Shown here: positions 19,535 to 29,643 of the stretch, piece by piece
Layout: every line of letters begins with the position of its first letter
Position numbering within the stretch: the stretch's first letter is position 1
From: an uncultured Chloroflexia bacterium
GTDB taxonomy: Bacteria > Chloroflexota > Anaerolineae > CG2-30-64-16
DNA: 64,000 nucleotides
Direction: 5' to 3'
Assembly: GCA_963774265.1 (NCBI GenBank)
Contig: CAVZDU010000010.1
Coordinates: 96,001-160,000 of the forward strand
Notes under the pieces: generated by a model
What the model saw: the letters and a program-made list of their open reading frames with translations, nothing else
What the model was told of the DNA's origin: nothing
Database searches by the model: none
Program-made: the position numbers and the translations under genes

Positions 19535-20638
19535 CTATCCCCCATGTGTGCTACCCCGTGCCGTGATGCTTCGCAGCGCATCGACCAGCACGTCCACGCC
19601 CTGCATCCACTCGGCAATCTCGATGTGCTCTTCGGGCGTATGGTCCAGCCGGCTGTCTCCCGGCCCGTAGGCCAGGATCTGGCAGCCCCAGGCCGGCCCC
19701 ACCACGTTCATGTCGCTCGTACCCGTCTTGTTAAGGAAGACCGGGTCCCCACCGTGTGCGCGCACGGCGGACACGAACGCGCGCACCAGGGGTGTGTTCT
19801 TCTCCGCCCGGTACGCCTGCTCTTCGCCGCTGAAGCGAAACGCGCCGATTCCGTCCGCGCTGATGAGCAGTCGCTTCATCACGTCCGGCGCCAGGCTCGG
19901 CGGCAGGCGGAAGCCCATCCGCATCTCCGCCGTCTCCAGCATCCCGTCATCGCCGGAGCTGAACTGTCTCAGCGATGCCTGCACCTGGTCCCACGCCCGG
20001 CTGTAGCCCGTGTTGAGTTCCTCCACCAGCTCCTGCACCCGTCGCCAGTAGTTGAATGCCAGTTCCGGGGCCCCCGCTGCGGGCCCGGCTGTATGCGACA
20101 TCATCCGTTGGAACTCCACGTCGGCCAGCAGCCTGCCCTTATAGCCCAGGGCTACCCGCTCCCATCCGGTAGGTTCTCCGATGATGCATAAGTCGGGTCG
20201 CCTTCGCGCCGCCAGATGCCGCGCACCTTTCGAAGTCGTGCTCTCTTCCTCGACCGCGCCGGCCACCACGATGCGCCACCCTGGCTGCGGCCCGAGCAGC
20301 GCGGCAGCCGTAGCGAAGGCAGCTAGCGGCCCCTTGGCATCCACCGCGCCACGGCCATAGAGCCGGCCGTCGCGCTCCGCGATCTTGGGGAAGCCGCGCA
20401 CGGTGTCAATGTGTCCGAGGAGTATGATCTCGCGCACGGGCCCTGCGCCCGAGCATTCGAGCACGCCGACCGCATTACCTGCGCCATCACGATGGGCTGA
20501 GAAACCGTGCGCACCGAGCCAGGTGATGAGGTGACACACTGCGGGCATCTCCTGGCCGGAGGGCGAGCGGATCGCCAGTAGCTCGCGCAGCAGCGCCAGG
20601 CCGTTGTCCGTAGTTTCTTCGATAGAGGAAGAAGACAT
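19535..20638 (-). CDS. lysK: [LysW]-lysine hydrolase (M20 family)
   Basis: LLGHIDTV, GRGAVDAKGP, VEEE, GEP, TGTSDMN and DHTPEEH motifs; last gene of the lysW operon. Confidence 0.9.
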   Translation of the reverse strand: MSSSSIEETTDNGLALLRELLAIRSPSGQEMPAVCHLITWLGAHGFSAHRDGAGNAVGVLECSGAGPVREIILLGHIDTVRGFPKIAERDGRLYGRGAVDAKGPLAAFATAAALLGPQPGWRIVVAGAVEEESTTSKGARHLAARRRPDLCIIGEPTGWERVALGYKGRLLADVEFQRMMSHTAGPAAGAPELAFNYWRRVQELVEELNTGYSRAWDQVQASLRQFSSGDDGMLETAEMRMGFRLPPSLAPDVMKRLLISADGIGAFRFSGEEQAYRAEKNTPLVRAFVSAVRAHGGDPVFLNKTGTSDMNVVGPAWGCQILAYGPGDSRLDHTPEEHIEIAEWMQGVDVLVDALRSITARGSTHGG

Positions 20639-20651
20639 GCTGACCTCGCTC

Positions 20652-21827
20652 CTAATCTGCGAACACTGCCTCGGCATGGCTGCGGCCTTCGTCTCGCGCC
20701 GCAGTCGCCCGAACGATATCGCATACTGCTGCCGTCACCTGGGCGGTCGTCGCCATGCCACCCAGGTCGGGCGTGGTCAATCCCGCCTTTACCGTTGCCC
20801 GCACGGCTTTGCGCATCAATGCCGCCGCCCGGGGTTCACCGACGTGCTCCAGCAGCATCGCCGCGCTGACGATCGCGCCCATCGGGTTGGCCACCCCGCG
20901 GCCGGCAATATCGGGGGCGCTCCCGTGAACCGGCTCGAAGACCCCCACCCGGCCATCGCCGACATTGGCCGACGGTGCGACGCCCAATCCTCCCACCAAC
21001 CCGGCTGCCAGGTCCGATAGGATGTCACCGAACAGGTTGGTCGTGACGATCACGTCGAAACGGCTTGGATCCCGAACCAGCCACATGGCGGCCGCATCCA
21101 CGAGCACTTCATCGACCTCGACGTCGGGATAACCTTTCGAGACGGCCAGGCAGCTCTCCCGAAACAGCCCATCGGTCACCTTGAGCACGTTTGCCTTGTG
21201 CACGATGGTGACTCGCGGACTTGCTCTGCGTCCTCGCGAACCAGCCCCGGGTCCGCTTTGCGTGGTTTCACGTAGCATGGCCCGCCTGCGTGCCTGCTCG
21301 AAGGCTACCTGGGCGATGCGCTCGCTGGCCTGCCGGGTGATCACCCGCTCGGCAATGGCGGTGTCACCTTCCCTGCGCTCGCGGCCAGAGTACAGGCCTT
21401 CGGTGTTCTCGCGCACGATCAGGAGGTCGATCGGGCAGCCGTTGGGGGCCAGAGGCGACGCGGGACGCAGGTTGGCGTAGAGATCGAACTCCTTACGGAG
21501 CGTGAGGATAGGGCTGCGGTAGATCGCGGGCCTGCCGCCGCTTTGAGGGGATAATCCACGTGGGTGCCCGCTATCGCCATCGCGCAGCGTCCGTGTGGGA
21601 CTGCCGGTTGTCGGCGACTGCGTTGCGCCGAAAAGCGTCGCATCAGTCCCACGCACGGCCTCAACCGTCTCCTGGGGCAGGGCGGTTCCGCTGCGGATGA
21701 AGCAATCCCACCCGGCCTGTGCAGTGACAAAGCGCGTGCCTGGTAAGGCGGTGGCAATCACCTGTGCCGCCGCCGGCACCACCTCCCGGCCAACGCCATC
21801 GCCGGGTATCAGACAAATCGTATTCAT
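20652..21827 (-). CDS. homoisocitrate dehydrogenase (IDH/IPMDH family)
   Basis: [29 protein letters not shown] and [12 protein letters not shown] motifs; lysine operon context. Confidence 0.85.
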   Translation of the reverse strand: MNTICLIPGDGVGREVVPAAAQVIATALPGTRFVTAQAGWDCFIRSGTALPQETVEAVRGTDATLFGATQSPTTGSPTRTLRDGDSGHPRGLSPQSGGRPAIYRSPILTLRKEFDLYANLRPASPLAPNGCPIDLLIVRENTEGLYSGRERREGDTAIAERVITRQASERIAQVAFEQARRRAMLRETTQSGPGAGSRGRRASPRVTIVHKANVLKVTDGLFRESCLAVSKGYPDVEVDEVLVDAAAMWLVRDPSRFDVIVTTNLFGDILSDLAAGLVGGLGVAPSANVGDGRVGVFEPVHGSAPDIAGRGVANPMGAIVSAAMLLEHVGEPRAAALMRKAVRATVKAGLTTPDLGGMATTAQVTAAVCDIVRATAARDEGRSHAEAVFAD

Positions 21828-21835
21828 CTCAGGCC

Positions 21836-21870
21836 TCCGCCATCCTCAATCTGCAATCTTCAATCTTCCA
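21836..21870. repeat. heptamer tandem array (TCTTCAA-like x5)
   Basis: tccgcca|tcctcaa|tctgcaa|tcttcaa|tcttcca. Confidence 0.7.
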
Positions 21871-22423
21871 TCGCTGATCCGGTCGCGGCCAGGCCCTTGA
21901 GCATGGGCAGCAGACCGCCAGCCTGGAAAATGGCAGCAACCGATGGCGTGAGCGGCGGAAAGGGGAATTCGCCGGCAGCGCAGCTTATGACGCCACGGTC
22001 CAGGTCGACGGTAACGGGCTCTCCGGGTCGGATCACCGTAACCGCCTCCGGACAAATCACCGGCAGGAGGCCGTTGTTGACGGCATTACGGAAGTAAATT
22101 CTCGCGAAAGATTGCGCAATGATAACCCGGATTCCCGCAGCGCGCAAGCTCGTCACAGCCTGCTCGCGGCTGCTACCGCACCCCCAATTCCGCCCTGCGA
22201 CAATGACATCGCCCGCTTGCACCCCTCGCGCAAAAGCCGGATCCAAGTCCTCCAGCGCATGTTGCGCCATTTCCGCCTCATCCTTGATGGTGTAAGTATA
22301 TTTGCCCGGGAAAATCACGTCCGTGTTGACATCATCCCCGTAAACCCAAGCCTGTCCCACCATCGAAGATTGCAGATCGAAAATTGAAGATTGGCCTTCC
22401 GCAGGATTCTCATGGTCGTTCAT
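21860..22423 (-). CDS. lysU: homoaconitase small subunit (LeuD-like)
   Basis: [21 protein letters not shown] and [15 protein letters not shown] motifs. Start at 22423 (ATGA overlap) or 22363. Confidence 0.85.
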   Translation of the reverse strand: MNDHENPAEGQSSIFDLQSSMVGQAWVYGDDVNTDVIFPGKYTYTIKDEAEMAQHALEDLDPAFARGVQAGDVIVAGRNWGCGSSREQAVTSLRAAGIRVIIAQSFARIYFRNAVNNGLLPVICPEAVTVIRPGEPVTVDLDRGVISCAAGEFPFPPLTPSVAAIFQAGGLLPMLKGLAATGSAMED

Positions 22424-22478
22424 AGCGCTTCCTCGCCACCTGATCTTCCTTCTTCCATCTTTCTTCCTCCTTCTTCCA
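22363..22478. repeat. two inverted heptamer arrays at the lysT/lysU junction
   Basis: tcgaaga|ttgcaga|tcgaaaa|ttgaaga (22363-22390) and tcttcct|tcttcca|tctttct|tcctcct|tcttcca (22444-22478). Confidence 0.7.
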
Positions 22479-23790
22479 TCAACTCCTCCGGTCCCCCGAT
22501 CCTGCCGAGCACCGCACTCGCAGCGACCACCTGGGGGCTGGCCAGGTAGATGTTCGCCTCCGGGTTTCCCATTCGGCCCCTGAAATTGCGGTTGGCCGTG
22601 CTGATCACCGTCTCGCCCGCAGCAGGCACACCGAGGTGGTTGCCCATGCACGGCCCGCATCCGGGAGTCCCCAACATCGCCCCCGCTGCCAGGAACGTCT
22701 CCACGTAGCCGGCAGCCAGGCCGGTTTGCAGTACCTCGCTGGATGCAGGGATGACGATGAGCCGGACACCCTGCGCCACCTTGCGCACCGCGCCATTCCC
22801 TCGCCGCAACACGGCCGCCGCTGCTGCCAGATCCTCCAGACGGCCGTTCGTGCAGGTGCCGATGAACGCCTGGTGCACGGGCGTCCCCGCCACCTCGGAA
22901 AGCGGTGCGACATGGGCCGGGTGATGGGGTATGGCGACTGCCGGCTCCAGCGCTCCCAGGTCAACAGCCAGACGCTGCGAGTAGGGTGCATCCTCGTCAG
23001 GATAGAGCGCTCCTGCCGCCAACCATTGAGAGCATTCTTCTTGCGATCTCCCGGTGCGCTCTCGGTTGTCGAGCCTCTCCGCCAGCCACGCGAACACCGC
23101 CTGGTCCGGCTCCAGGTATGCGTTTTTCGCACCCGACTCGGCCATCAAGTTAGGCAGGACCATCCGACCCTCGACGCTCAGCGATCTCAGCCCGGGCCCG
23201 CCGAACTCCAACGCCCGGTAGATCCCCGCCTCAGGACCCAGACGCTGGAGCAACCATAGCCCCAGGTCCTTTGTGGTGACCCACTGGCCCAGCGCGCCGG
23301 CCAGATCGACGCGGATCGTTTCAGGCACGCGCAGCCAGAGCTCGCCGGTCGCCCACAATGCGGCCACCTCGCTCCGTCCGATGCCTGCGCCGAATGCGCC
23401 CAGCCAACCGAAATGAGTCGTATGGCTGTCGGCGCCCAGGATCATTTGACCCGGCAGCACCAGCGCCTCTTCGCTCACCACCTGGTGGCAGATGCCTCGA
23501 CCCGCATCGTAAAAGTGCGCAATCTCCTGGCTGGCCACAAAACGACGAGCCTCGGCGTGATTGGCCGCGTGCTCGGCGGTTGGCGGGGGCACGGCATGGT
23601 CCAGTGCGATGGCCAGCCTCTCAGGGTGCTTCACCCGTTCGATCCCAAGGCTCGCGAACAGGCGGGCAATGGCTGCCGTATTGTCGTGGCTCAGCACCAC
23701 GTCCGGCCGTGCATCCACGATCTGTCCGACCTCGACGTGCGGCAAACCGGCCGCCCTGGCCAGCGCTTTCTGCGCAAAAGTTGATCCCAT
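22420..23790 (-). CDS. lysT: homoaconitase large subunit (LeuC-like, 4Fe-4S)
   Basis: GICHQ, GADSHT, GTCTNGR, GCGPCMG and NRNFRGRMG motifs. Confidence 0.88.
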   Translation of the reverse strand: MGSTFAQKALARAAGLPHVEVGQIVDARPDVVLSHDNTAAIARLFASLGIERVKHPERLAIALDHAVPPPTAEHAANHAEARRFVASQEIAHFYDAGRGICHQVVSEEALVLPGQMILGADSHTTHFGWLGAFGAGIGRSEVAALWATGELWLRVPETIRVDLAGALGQWVTTKDLGLWLLQRLGPEAGIYRALEFGGPGLRSLSVEGRMVLPNLMAESGAKNAYLEPDQAVFAWLAERLDNRERTGRSQEECSQWLAAGALYPDEDAPYSQRLAVDLGALEPAVAIPHHPAHVAPLSEVAGTPVHQAFIGTCTNGRLEDLAAAAAVLRRGNGAVRKVAQGVRLIVIPASSEVLQTGLAAGYVETFLAAGAMLGTPGCGPCMGNHLGVPAAGETVISTANRNFRGRMGNPEANIYLASPQVVAASAVLGRIGGPEELMEEGGRKMEEGRSGGEEAL

Positions 23791-23841
23791 CCCGCTGCTC
23801 CGTTTGCCCTATTTTTCGTGCGCCTTGGTGATCCTGATATC

Positions 23842-24999
23842 TTAGTGGTTCCCGTTTCCGTTCCCGTTGCCCCAGTTGCGCAACAGGTTGTCGACGTCGT
23901 CCAGGCTCAGGGCCCGCTCGTCGGCCAGCACCTTGATGTGCTGCGTGAGCGCCTTCACATGCGTATCGGACAGCGTCAAGCCGAGTTGATCTGCCCTGGC
24001 CCGGACCGCGTTCCAGCCGGTCAGCCTGTGCGCGATTGAGATATAGCGGGTGAGACCGAAGTCGTGTGGATCGAGCGCCTCGTAAGTCTCGGGCGCGTTC
24101 AGGATCGCCTTCGCGTGAATGCCCGCCTTGTGAGTGAATGCACTGAAGCCCGTGATGCAGTTGTTGAACGGGATGTCGACGTTGATCATCTCGCCGACCA
24201 TCAGCTCGAGCTTACGCAGTCGGTCGAGCCGATACTTGGCCGCCGTCGCCTCGCGATCGAGCGTGACCATGCGGGCAACGAATCCGCCCAGGGGGGTAAT
24301 GCCGTTCCGTTCCCCAATGCCTAACACCGTCGTGTCTATGTGAGTCGCGCCGGCTTCCAGGGCTGCGTGGGCATTTGCGATGGCGCAGCCAGCGTCGTTG
24401 TGCCCATGGAACTCGATGTCGCAGTGGGTAAGCCGCCGTAGCGTTCCCACGAGCCGTCCTACCTGTCCCGGCGTTGCGATGCCCACCGTGTCCGCAATGC
24501 CAAGCCGGTTCACCACGCCCAGCCGGTCGACTGCCAGGTACACCCGCAAGAGCTCGGCTTCTTCGCTGCGGAACGAGTCCTCAGTGCTGAACCTCAGCTC
24601 CACGTCGGGCGCTTGTTCCCGAATCCACGGCAGGACTTCTGATGCCAGGTCGATGATCTCGTCGATACTTTTGCCGTGACTAAACTGGCGGAGTTTGGAC
24701 GAGGTTCCAATCACGACGTCAACGCCATTGACCCCGGCATCAAGCGCCACTTTTGCATCGTCGCGGTGGCATCGGATGTGGGTCAGGATGCGCGCCCGCA
24801 GCCCCAGTCCGGCGATCGTCTGCAAGTCGGCCAGGCTTCCCGGCGACGCCTGGGGCGAGGTCAGCTCCAGGTATTCGACGCCGAACTCATCGAGCGCCCG
24901 CGCGATCGCGATCTTCTGCCCGGTCGAGAATTGCGCATTGATGAACTGCTCCCCCTCGCGGAGGGTGGAGTCGATAATCGCATAGTTGTCGAGTGACAC
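23842..24999 (-). CDS. homocitrate synthase
   Basis: [37 protein letters not shown] and HKAGIHAKA motifs; GTG start after AGGAGAGG. Confidence 0.92.
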   Translation of the reverse strand: MSLDNYAIIDSTLREGEQFINAQFSTGQKIAIARALDEFGVEYLELTSPQASPGSLADLQTIAGLGLRARILTHIRCHRDDAKVALDAGVNGVDVVIGTSSKLRQFSHGKSIDEIIDLASEVLPWIREQAPDVELRFSTEDSFRSEEAELLRVYLAVDRLGVVNRLGIADTVGIATPGQVGRLVGTLRRLTHCDIEFHGHNDAGCAIANAHAALEAGATHIDTTVLGIGERNGITPLGGFVARMVTLDREATAAKYRLDRLRKLELMVGEMINVDIPFNNCITGFSAFTHKAGIHAKAILNAPETYEALDPHDFGLTRYISIAHRLTGWNAVRARADQLGLTLSDTHVKALTQHIKVLADERALSLDDVDNLLRNWGNGNGNGNH

Positions 25000-25025
25000 A
25001 AGAACCTCTCCTCTCGAAGCCAGTT

Positions 25026-26331
25026 TCAATTAGAAGGAAGAAGGGAAAAGGAAGAAGCAAGATCTTCCATTTTTCTTTTTTCTTCTTCCGTTTTTCGTAC
25101 GGGCGCCAGCGCCTCCGCCAGTGCGGCGACAACCCTCTCCAGGTCTTCTTCCCCGATCACCAGCGGAGGCAGCAACCGCAAGACCGTCATCCCGGCCGGC
25201 AGCGCCAGCACCCCCAGGGCCTGCAGTCGCTGCAACACAGGGGTCACCTTTACCTTCAACTCCACGCCGACCATCAGCCCCAACCCGCGCACCTCGCGCA
25301 CGAGCGGCACACGGAGCGCCGCGAATCTCGTCCATCAGGTGTTCGCCCAACCGCGCTGCCCGACCTGGCAACGTTTCGCCCGACCCTGGGGCCGGGTATT
25401 CGCTTGTCAGTGCATCCAATGCGGCCAGTGCGGCCGCGCACGCCAGCGGATTCCCGCCGAAGGTGCTGCCGTGGCTCATCGGCGCCAGAGTGCCCACGCG
25501 CGGCCCGATCATGCACGCGCCCATCGGTAGGCCGCCCGCCATTGATTTCGCGACGCAGAGCAAGTCCGGGACCACGTCGAAATGCTCGCACGCGAATAAC
25601 CGCCCCGTCCGCCCGAATCCCGTTTGCACCTCGTCCAGGACGAGCAGCGCCCCGCGTTGCCGGCATAGTTCTGCCGCCGTTTGCAGATACTCCCGCCGCG
25701 CAACATGCACGCCGCCCTCGCCTTGCACCGGCTCCAGCAAAACGGCAGCCGTTTCAGCCGTCACAGCCGCCTCCAGGGCGGAGAGATCGTTGAACGGAAC
25801 GTGGCTGAAACCCGGAGTGAGCGGTGCAAAAGGCCGCCGGTACTCCTCTTTCCACGTGGCCGACAGCGCGCCCATCGTTCTCCCGTGGAACCCGCGGTTT
25901 GCCGCTATGATCCCGGGCCGGCCAGTCGAAGCCCGCGCGAATTTGATCGCTGCCTCGACCGCCTCGGTCCCCGAATTGCACAGGAAGGTTCGGTCCAATC
26001 CTGGCGGTGCGACCTGCGCCAGCCGGTGCAGCAAGGCCACGCGCACGTCGTTATGAAAGGTTTCCGGGCAGGTGATGAGTTGGCCGGCCTGTTCGGTGAT
26101 CGCGGCCACGACCGCGGGGTGACAATGGCCCAGGTTTGCCGAACCCTGCCCTGCCACGCAGTCGATGTACTCGCGCCCTTCGGCATCCCATACGTGCGCG
26201 CCCTGTCCGCGCACGATGGCCACCTGGCGCTTCGGATACACGCCGGAGGTGTGGCTGGCCTCGGTCTGGATGATCTCCGCTTGACTCCAAACGACCTCGC
26301 TGGTTTGTGCGAAAGTCTGTGCGAGCATCAT
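25026..26331 (-). CDS. lysJ: [LysW]-aminoadipate semialdehyde transaminase; frameshifted near 25323
   Basis: [36 protein letters not shown] and HGSTFGGNP motifs. The C-terminus (VRGLGLM...RLLPPL) is in another frame; removing one base gives [14 protein letters not shown]. Confidence 0.88.
25035..25090. repeat. abutting inverted heptamer arrays (4+4) at the lysJ/hcs junction
   Basis: aggaaga|agggaaa|aggaaga|agcaaga then tcttcca|tttttct|tttttct|tcttccg. Confidence 0.75.
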
Positions 26332-27200
26332 CGGACCTCCACGAGGGCGGTCGCCATGCGTGCTGTGATTTCGGCCATCTCAAACCCGAGCTCGCCGATC
26401 ACCGTTCCCTCGCCCGCAAGCGCAGCCCGAACGGGCGTGGCCCGCCGCGAATCGGCCAAAATCACGCTGCGCACGTTTCGGTCCAGCGCCTCGCGCGCGG
26501 CCAGCACCTTCTTTTTCATCCGTCCCTGCGCCAACAACTCCACAGCCCTCAGGTGGGCCGGGTCCACGTGGCGCAACAGGCTGCTCTCGTCCGGGAAGTC
26601 GGCCAGCAGTCCCGGCACGTTGCTGAGGATGACCAGTGCATCCGCGTTGAGCGCCCCAGCAAGCATTGCCGCCGCCCGGTCGCCATCCACGTTGAGCCGT
26701 TCGCCGCCCAGACCCAGGGCTAGTGGTGCGACCACAGGCGTGTACCCGGCGCGGAGCAGCATGTCGAGCAGGGCGCCATTCGCCGCTTCGATTTGCCCGG
26801 TGTAGTCATCGCGAATGATGCGTTGGCGACCGTTCTCGACGGCTCGCACCGCGTCCTTTCGCCTGGCCACCAGCAACCGTCCGTCTACGCCAGACAGCCC
26901 GAGTGCGTTGCATCCCATCCGCTGCAACTCGGCGACCAACCCTTTATTCACCCCACCCGCGGCGGCCATCACATAGATATCGAGCATCGATGGATCGGTG
27001 TACCGACTGACGTGTCCCGATGGGGACGTGATATGCCGCACCGGTGCACCCAGGCGCTGCGCCAGCCCATCCGCAGCCGCCGATGTCCCGTGCACCAGCA
27101 CCAGGGGCCACCCCTCAGCAGCCAACTCCGCCACATCCGCGAGGACGGGCGCGGGTGTCACCCCGGCTGCTCCGCCCAATTTCACAACGATCGGATTCAT
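26328..27200 (-). CDS. lysZ: [LysW]-aminoadipate kinase
   Basis: VVKLGG, VHG, SRYTD, NVDGDRAA and GRMKKK motifs. Confidence 0.9.
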   Translation of the reverse strand: MNPIVVKLGGAAGVTPAPVLADVAELAAEGWPLVLVHGTSAAADGLAQRLGAPVRHITSPSGHVSRYTDPSMLDIYVMAAAGGVNKGLVAELQRMGCNALGLSGVDGRLLVARRKDAVRAVENGRQRIIRDDYTGQIEAANGALLDMLLRAGYTPVVAPLALGLGGERLNVDGDRAAAMLAGALNADALVILSNVPGLLADFPDESSLLRHVDPAHLRAVELLAQGRMKKKVLAAREALDRNVRSVILADSRRATPVRAALAGEGTVIGELGFEMAEITARMATALVEVR

Positions 27201-27212
27201 CGAAAGCCTCCT

Positions 27213-28265
27213 CTAGACCGGATGGATCCCCGGGAAACCTAGGCCCAACGTTTCATCCCATCCAAGCATCAAGTTCATGCACTGCACGCCTGACCCCGCC
27301 GCGCCCTTGCCCAGGTTGTCGATGGCGGCCAGCGCCACCAGGCGTCCGGTCGCTGCGTCCAACTCCCACCCGACATCGGCCAGGTTCGTTCCGGCCAACA
27401 GCTTGGGCTCCGGGTGTCGATAGATGCCCCCGCGCTCGTGGACGATCCGCACGAAGGGTTCCTGCCCGTACGCCGCCCGGTACGCACGCCAGACGTCCTT
27501 GTCGGTCAGACCTGGGCCAACCCACGCGTGTGCTGTGGCCAACACCCCGCGCACCAGTTCGATGGACGTCACCGATAGATACACATCCTCTCGCCCCATC
27601 ACCTGTCGCACTTCGGCCTCGTGCCGGTGCCCTGTCGGCGCGAAGGATCGGACCACGCCCGCGCGTTCCGGATGATGCGATGCCGCGCTGTGCGTGGCCC
27701 CTCCTTCCGACGAACCCGCTTTGACGTCGATCACAAGGGGGAGGTCCGTGCGCAGCAGCCCTGCCCTCGCCAGTGGCAGCAGGGCCAGATTTGCCGCCGT
27801 CGCGTTGCACCCCACCCCGCTCACGAACGTCGCGCCGCGGATCGCTTCGCGATTGATCTCCGGCAGACCGTAGGCGAAGCGCGGAAGGAAGTCGAGAGCC
27901 GCGTGGTCTGCTCCGTAAGTGCGGCGATACAGTTCTGGATCAGTGATGCGGAAGTCTGCGGAGAGGTCGATGATGCGAGGAGCTAGTGAGGTTAGTTGCA
28001 CGATCCGGCGCTGCGCTTCCCCATGTGGTAAGGCCAGGAAGAGCACATCGCACGGCGCCAGTTCGCTGAGTGAGGTGAAGCGTTGGGGTGGGCGGCCGCC
28101 GGTCGGCCGCAGGTTCGGATGCACGCTGTGAACGAGGTCACCCGCGTGAGATTCCGATGTGACCTGCCCGATCTCGATGTGCGGGTGTGCGGACAGGAGC
28201 CGGATCAACTCACCGCCGCCGTATCCCGATCCGCCAACGATAGAGACAGTGGTGCGGTCGCTCAT
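27213..28265 (-). CDS. lysY: [LysW]-aminoadipate-phosphate reductase (ArgC-like)
   Basis: [28 protein letters not shown] and DNLGKGAAG motifs. Confidence 0.9.
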   Translation of the reverse strand: MSDRTTVSIVGGSGYGGGELIRLLSAHPHIEIGQVTSESHAGDLVHSVHPNLRPTGGRPPQRFTSLSELAPCDVLFLALPHGEAQRRIVQLTSLAPRIIDLSADFRITDPELYRRTYGADHAALDFLPRFAYGLPEINREAIRGATFVSGVGCNATAANLALLPLARAGLLRTDLPLVIDVKAGSSEGGATHSAASHHPERAGVVRSFAPTGHRHEAEVRQVMGREDVYLSVTSIELVRGVLATAHAWVGPGLTDKDVWRAYRAAYGQEPFVRIVHERGGIYRHPEPKLLAGTNLADVGWELDAATGRLVALAAIDNLGKGAAGSGVQCMNLMLGWDETLGLGFPGIHPV

Positions 28266-29116
28266 TCTGAACCCTCCACCATCCTCAGTACATACCGCAC
28301 CACGTGGGCGGGGATATCCACGCCAGTCGTGTGGATGCTGTTGCGGAACTCCATCGTATGGTTAATCTCATTCACCAGGAATCCTCGCTGCGGGTCTTCC
28401 AGTACATCGATCGCCAGGACGCCCCCGCCCACAGCTTGCGCCGCGTCCCGACACAAAGCATCCAGTTCGGGCGTTACCGGGCAATTGCTCGCCTCGCCGC
28501 CTTTCGCCGTGTTTGTGATCCAGTGTGAAGACGCCCGGTAGATTGCACAGATCGTCTCGTCACCCACCACAAACGCCCGGATGTCCCGGCCGGGCTTGGC
28601 GATGTACTCCTGGATGTAGAAAATGCTGTGCTGGTACGACCCGAGGACGTCCTTATGCTCCAGCACGGCCTCAGCTGCGTCGCGATCGTTGATTCGCGCC
28701 AGCAGCCGTCCCCACGAGCCGACCACCGGTTTCAGCACCACGGGGTAGCCCATTTCCTCGATGGCCTGGATCGCCGATTCTGGCGTGAATGCCACGCGCG
28801 TCTCCGGCTGCGGCACCACGGCCTGGGCCAGCGCCGCGGTCGTCAACAGCTTGTCCCAGCAGGTGGCCGCGGTCTCGTAGCGGTTTACCGTAGGGATGCC
28901 CGCTGCGCCGAGCAACCGCAGCGCATAGATGCCACGTGCTGCGCTCAGCGAGCGTTCCAGCACCACGTCGGCCTGCACAGCACGGGGACCCCCAGGTCTG
29001 AAGATCAGCTCCTCGTCATTGACCAGCGTCACATCCGCGCCGGCCGCCTCGAGCGCGGCCAACAGCAGCTTTTCTTCCACGCGGATGCGCGAGGCGATCA
29101 GGGCAACGCGCGTCAT
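28262..29116 (-). CDS. lysX: alpha-aminoadipate--LysW ligase (ATP-grasp)
   Basis: [31 protein letters not shown] and NEINHTMEF motifs. Confidence 0.92.
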   Translation of the reverse strand: MTRVALIASRIRVEEKLLLAALEAAGADVTLVNDEELIFRPGGPRAVQADVVLERSLSAARGIYALRLLGAAGIPTVNRYETAATCWDKLLTTAALAQAVVPQPETRVAFTPESAIQAIEEMGYPVVLKPVVGSWGRLLARINDRDAAEAVLEHKDVLGSYQHSIFYIQEYIAKPGRDIRAFVVGDETICAIYRASSHWITNTAKGGEASNCPVTPELDALCRDAAQAVGGGVLAIDVLEDPQRGFLVNEINHTMEFRNSIHTTGVDIPAHVVRYVLRMVEGSE

Positions 29117-29283
29117 TCTCCCCAATCCTCCTGTTCTTCAGGTGCAAGTTCGAGCGTCAGTGGATCGAGCGCAATCACTTCCAGATCAGCGCCGCACGCC
29201 GCGCACGGCACAATTTCGCCCTGCAGCGGATCACGCAGGACGACCGGGCCTTCACATTCAGGACAGAGTGCTTCGAGTACCAT
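29113..29283 (-). CDS. lysW: amino-group carrier protein LysW
   Basis: CPEC...CAAC zinc ribbon and the C-terminal EDWGE; GGAGG RBS. Confidence 0.95.
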   Translation of the reverse strand: MVLEALCPECEGPVVLRDPLQGEIVPCAACGADLEVIALDPLTLELAPEEQEDWGE

Positions 29284-29303
29284 GATTGAATCCTCCGAAT
29301 TTG

Positions 29304-29325
29304 GTAGGGGCGACGAGACGTCGCC
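29304..29325. repeat. GTAG-type REP-like hairpin
   Basis: GTAGG-GGCGACG-AGA-CGTCGCC, lying between attenuator 2 and the lysW RBS. Confidence 0.45.
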
Positions 29326-29336
29326 TGTTTCCACCT

Positions 29337-29374
29337 AACAAAAAGCCCCCTCCGCCAACCGGGCGGAGGGGGCT
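29337..29374 (-). terminator. attenuator terminator 2
   Basis: Minus strand AGCCCCCTCCGCC-cggtt-GGCGGAGGGGGCT-TTTTGTT. Confidence 0.9.
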
Positions 29375-29404
29375 GCAAACGACTTAGGGGTGCGCGCAAG
29401 CGGC

Positions 29405-29470
29405 CTATCCAGACCTCCAGTCCGGCAAGCTGATCATCTTCTTGACCGTGCGCTTTGTCTTGAGCAGCAT
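29405..29470 (-). CDS. Lys-rich leader peptide 2 (MLLKTKRTVKKMISLPDWRSG)
   Basis: GAGGAG RBS; four AAG codons within codons 4-11; followed by a terminator. Translated by hand. Confidence 0.85.
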   Translation of the reverse strand: MLLKTKRTVKKMISLPDWRSG

Positions 29471-29485
29471 GTGTTTCTCCTCGGC

Positions 29486-29524
29486 AAACAAAAAGCCCCG
29501 CCTGGCGTTGGCCTGGCAGGGCTT
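29486..29524 (-). terminator. attenuator terminator 1
   Basis: Minus strand AAGCCCTGCCAGGC-caac-GCCAGGCGGGGCTT-TTTGTTT. Confidence 0.8.
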
Positions 29525-29549
29525 CTGGTTCTTTAGGGTTCTGTCTGGA

Positions 29550-29627
29550 CTACCCCAAGCGCCAGTGGCCGTCCCTGCAGGCCAGGGAAAGCTTCTTGGA
29601 CTTGGAGCGCTTGGACAGAGTCATCAT
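29550..29627 (-). CDS. Lys-rich leader peptide 1 (MMTLSKRSKSKKLSLACRDGHWRLG)
   Basis: GGAG RBS; four AAG codons within codons 6-12; directly downstream of the promoter. Translated by hand. Confidence 0.8.
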   Translation of the reverse strand: MMTLSKRSKSKKLSLACRDGHWRLG

Positions 29628-29643
29628 GTGAGCTTGTTCTCCG

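Noticed and set aside
20652-23790. leuB/leuC/leuD leucine genes
   Set aside because: They are embedded with homocitrate synthase and lysWXYZJK under Lys-rich leaders, so they are better read as homoaconitase and homoisocitrate dehydrogenase.
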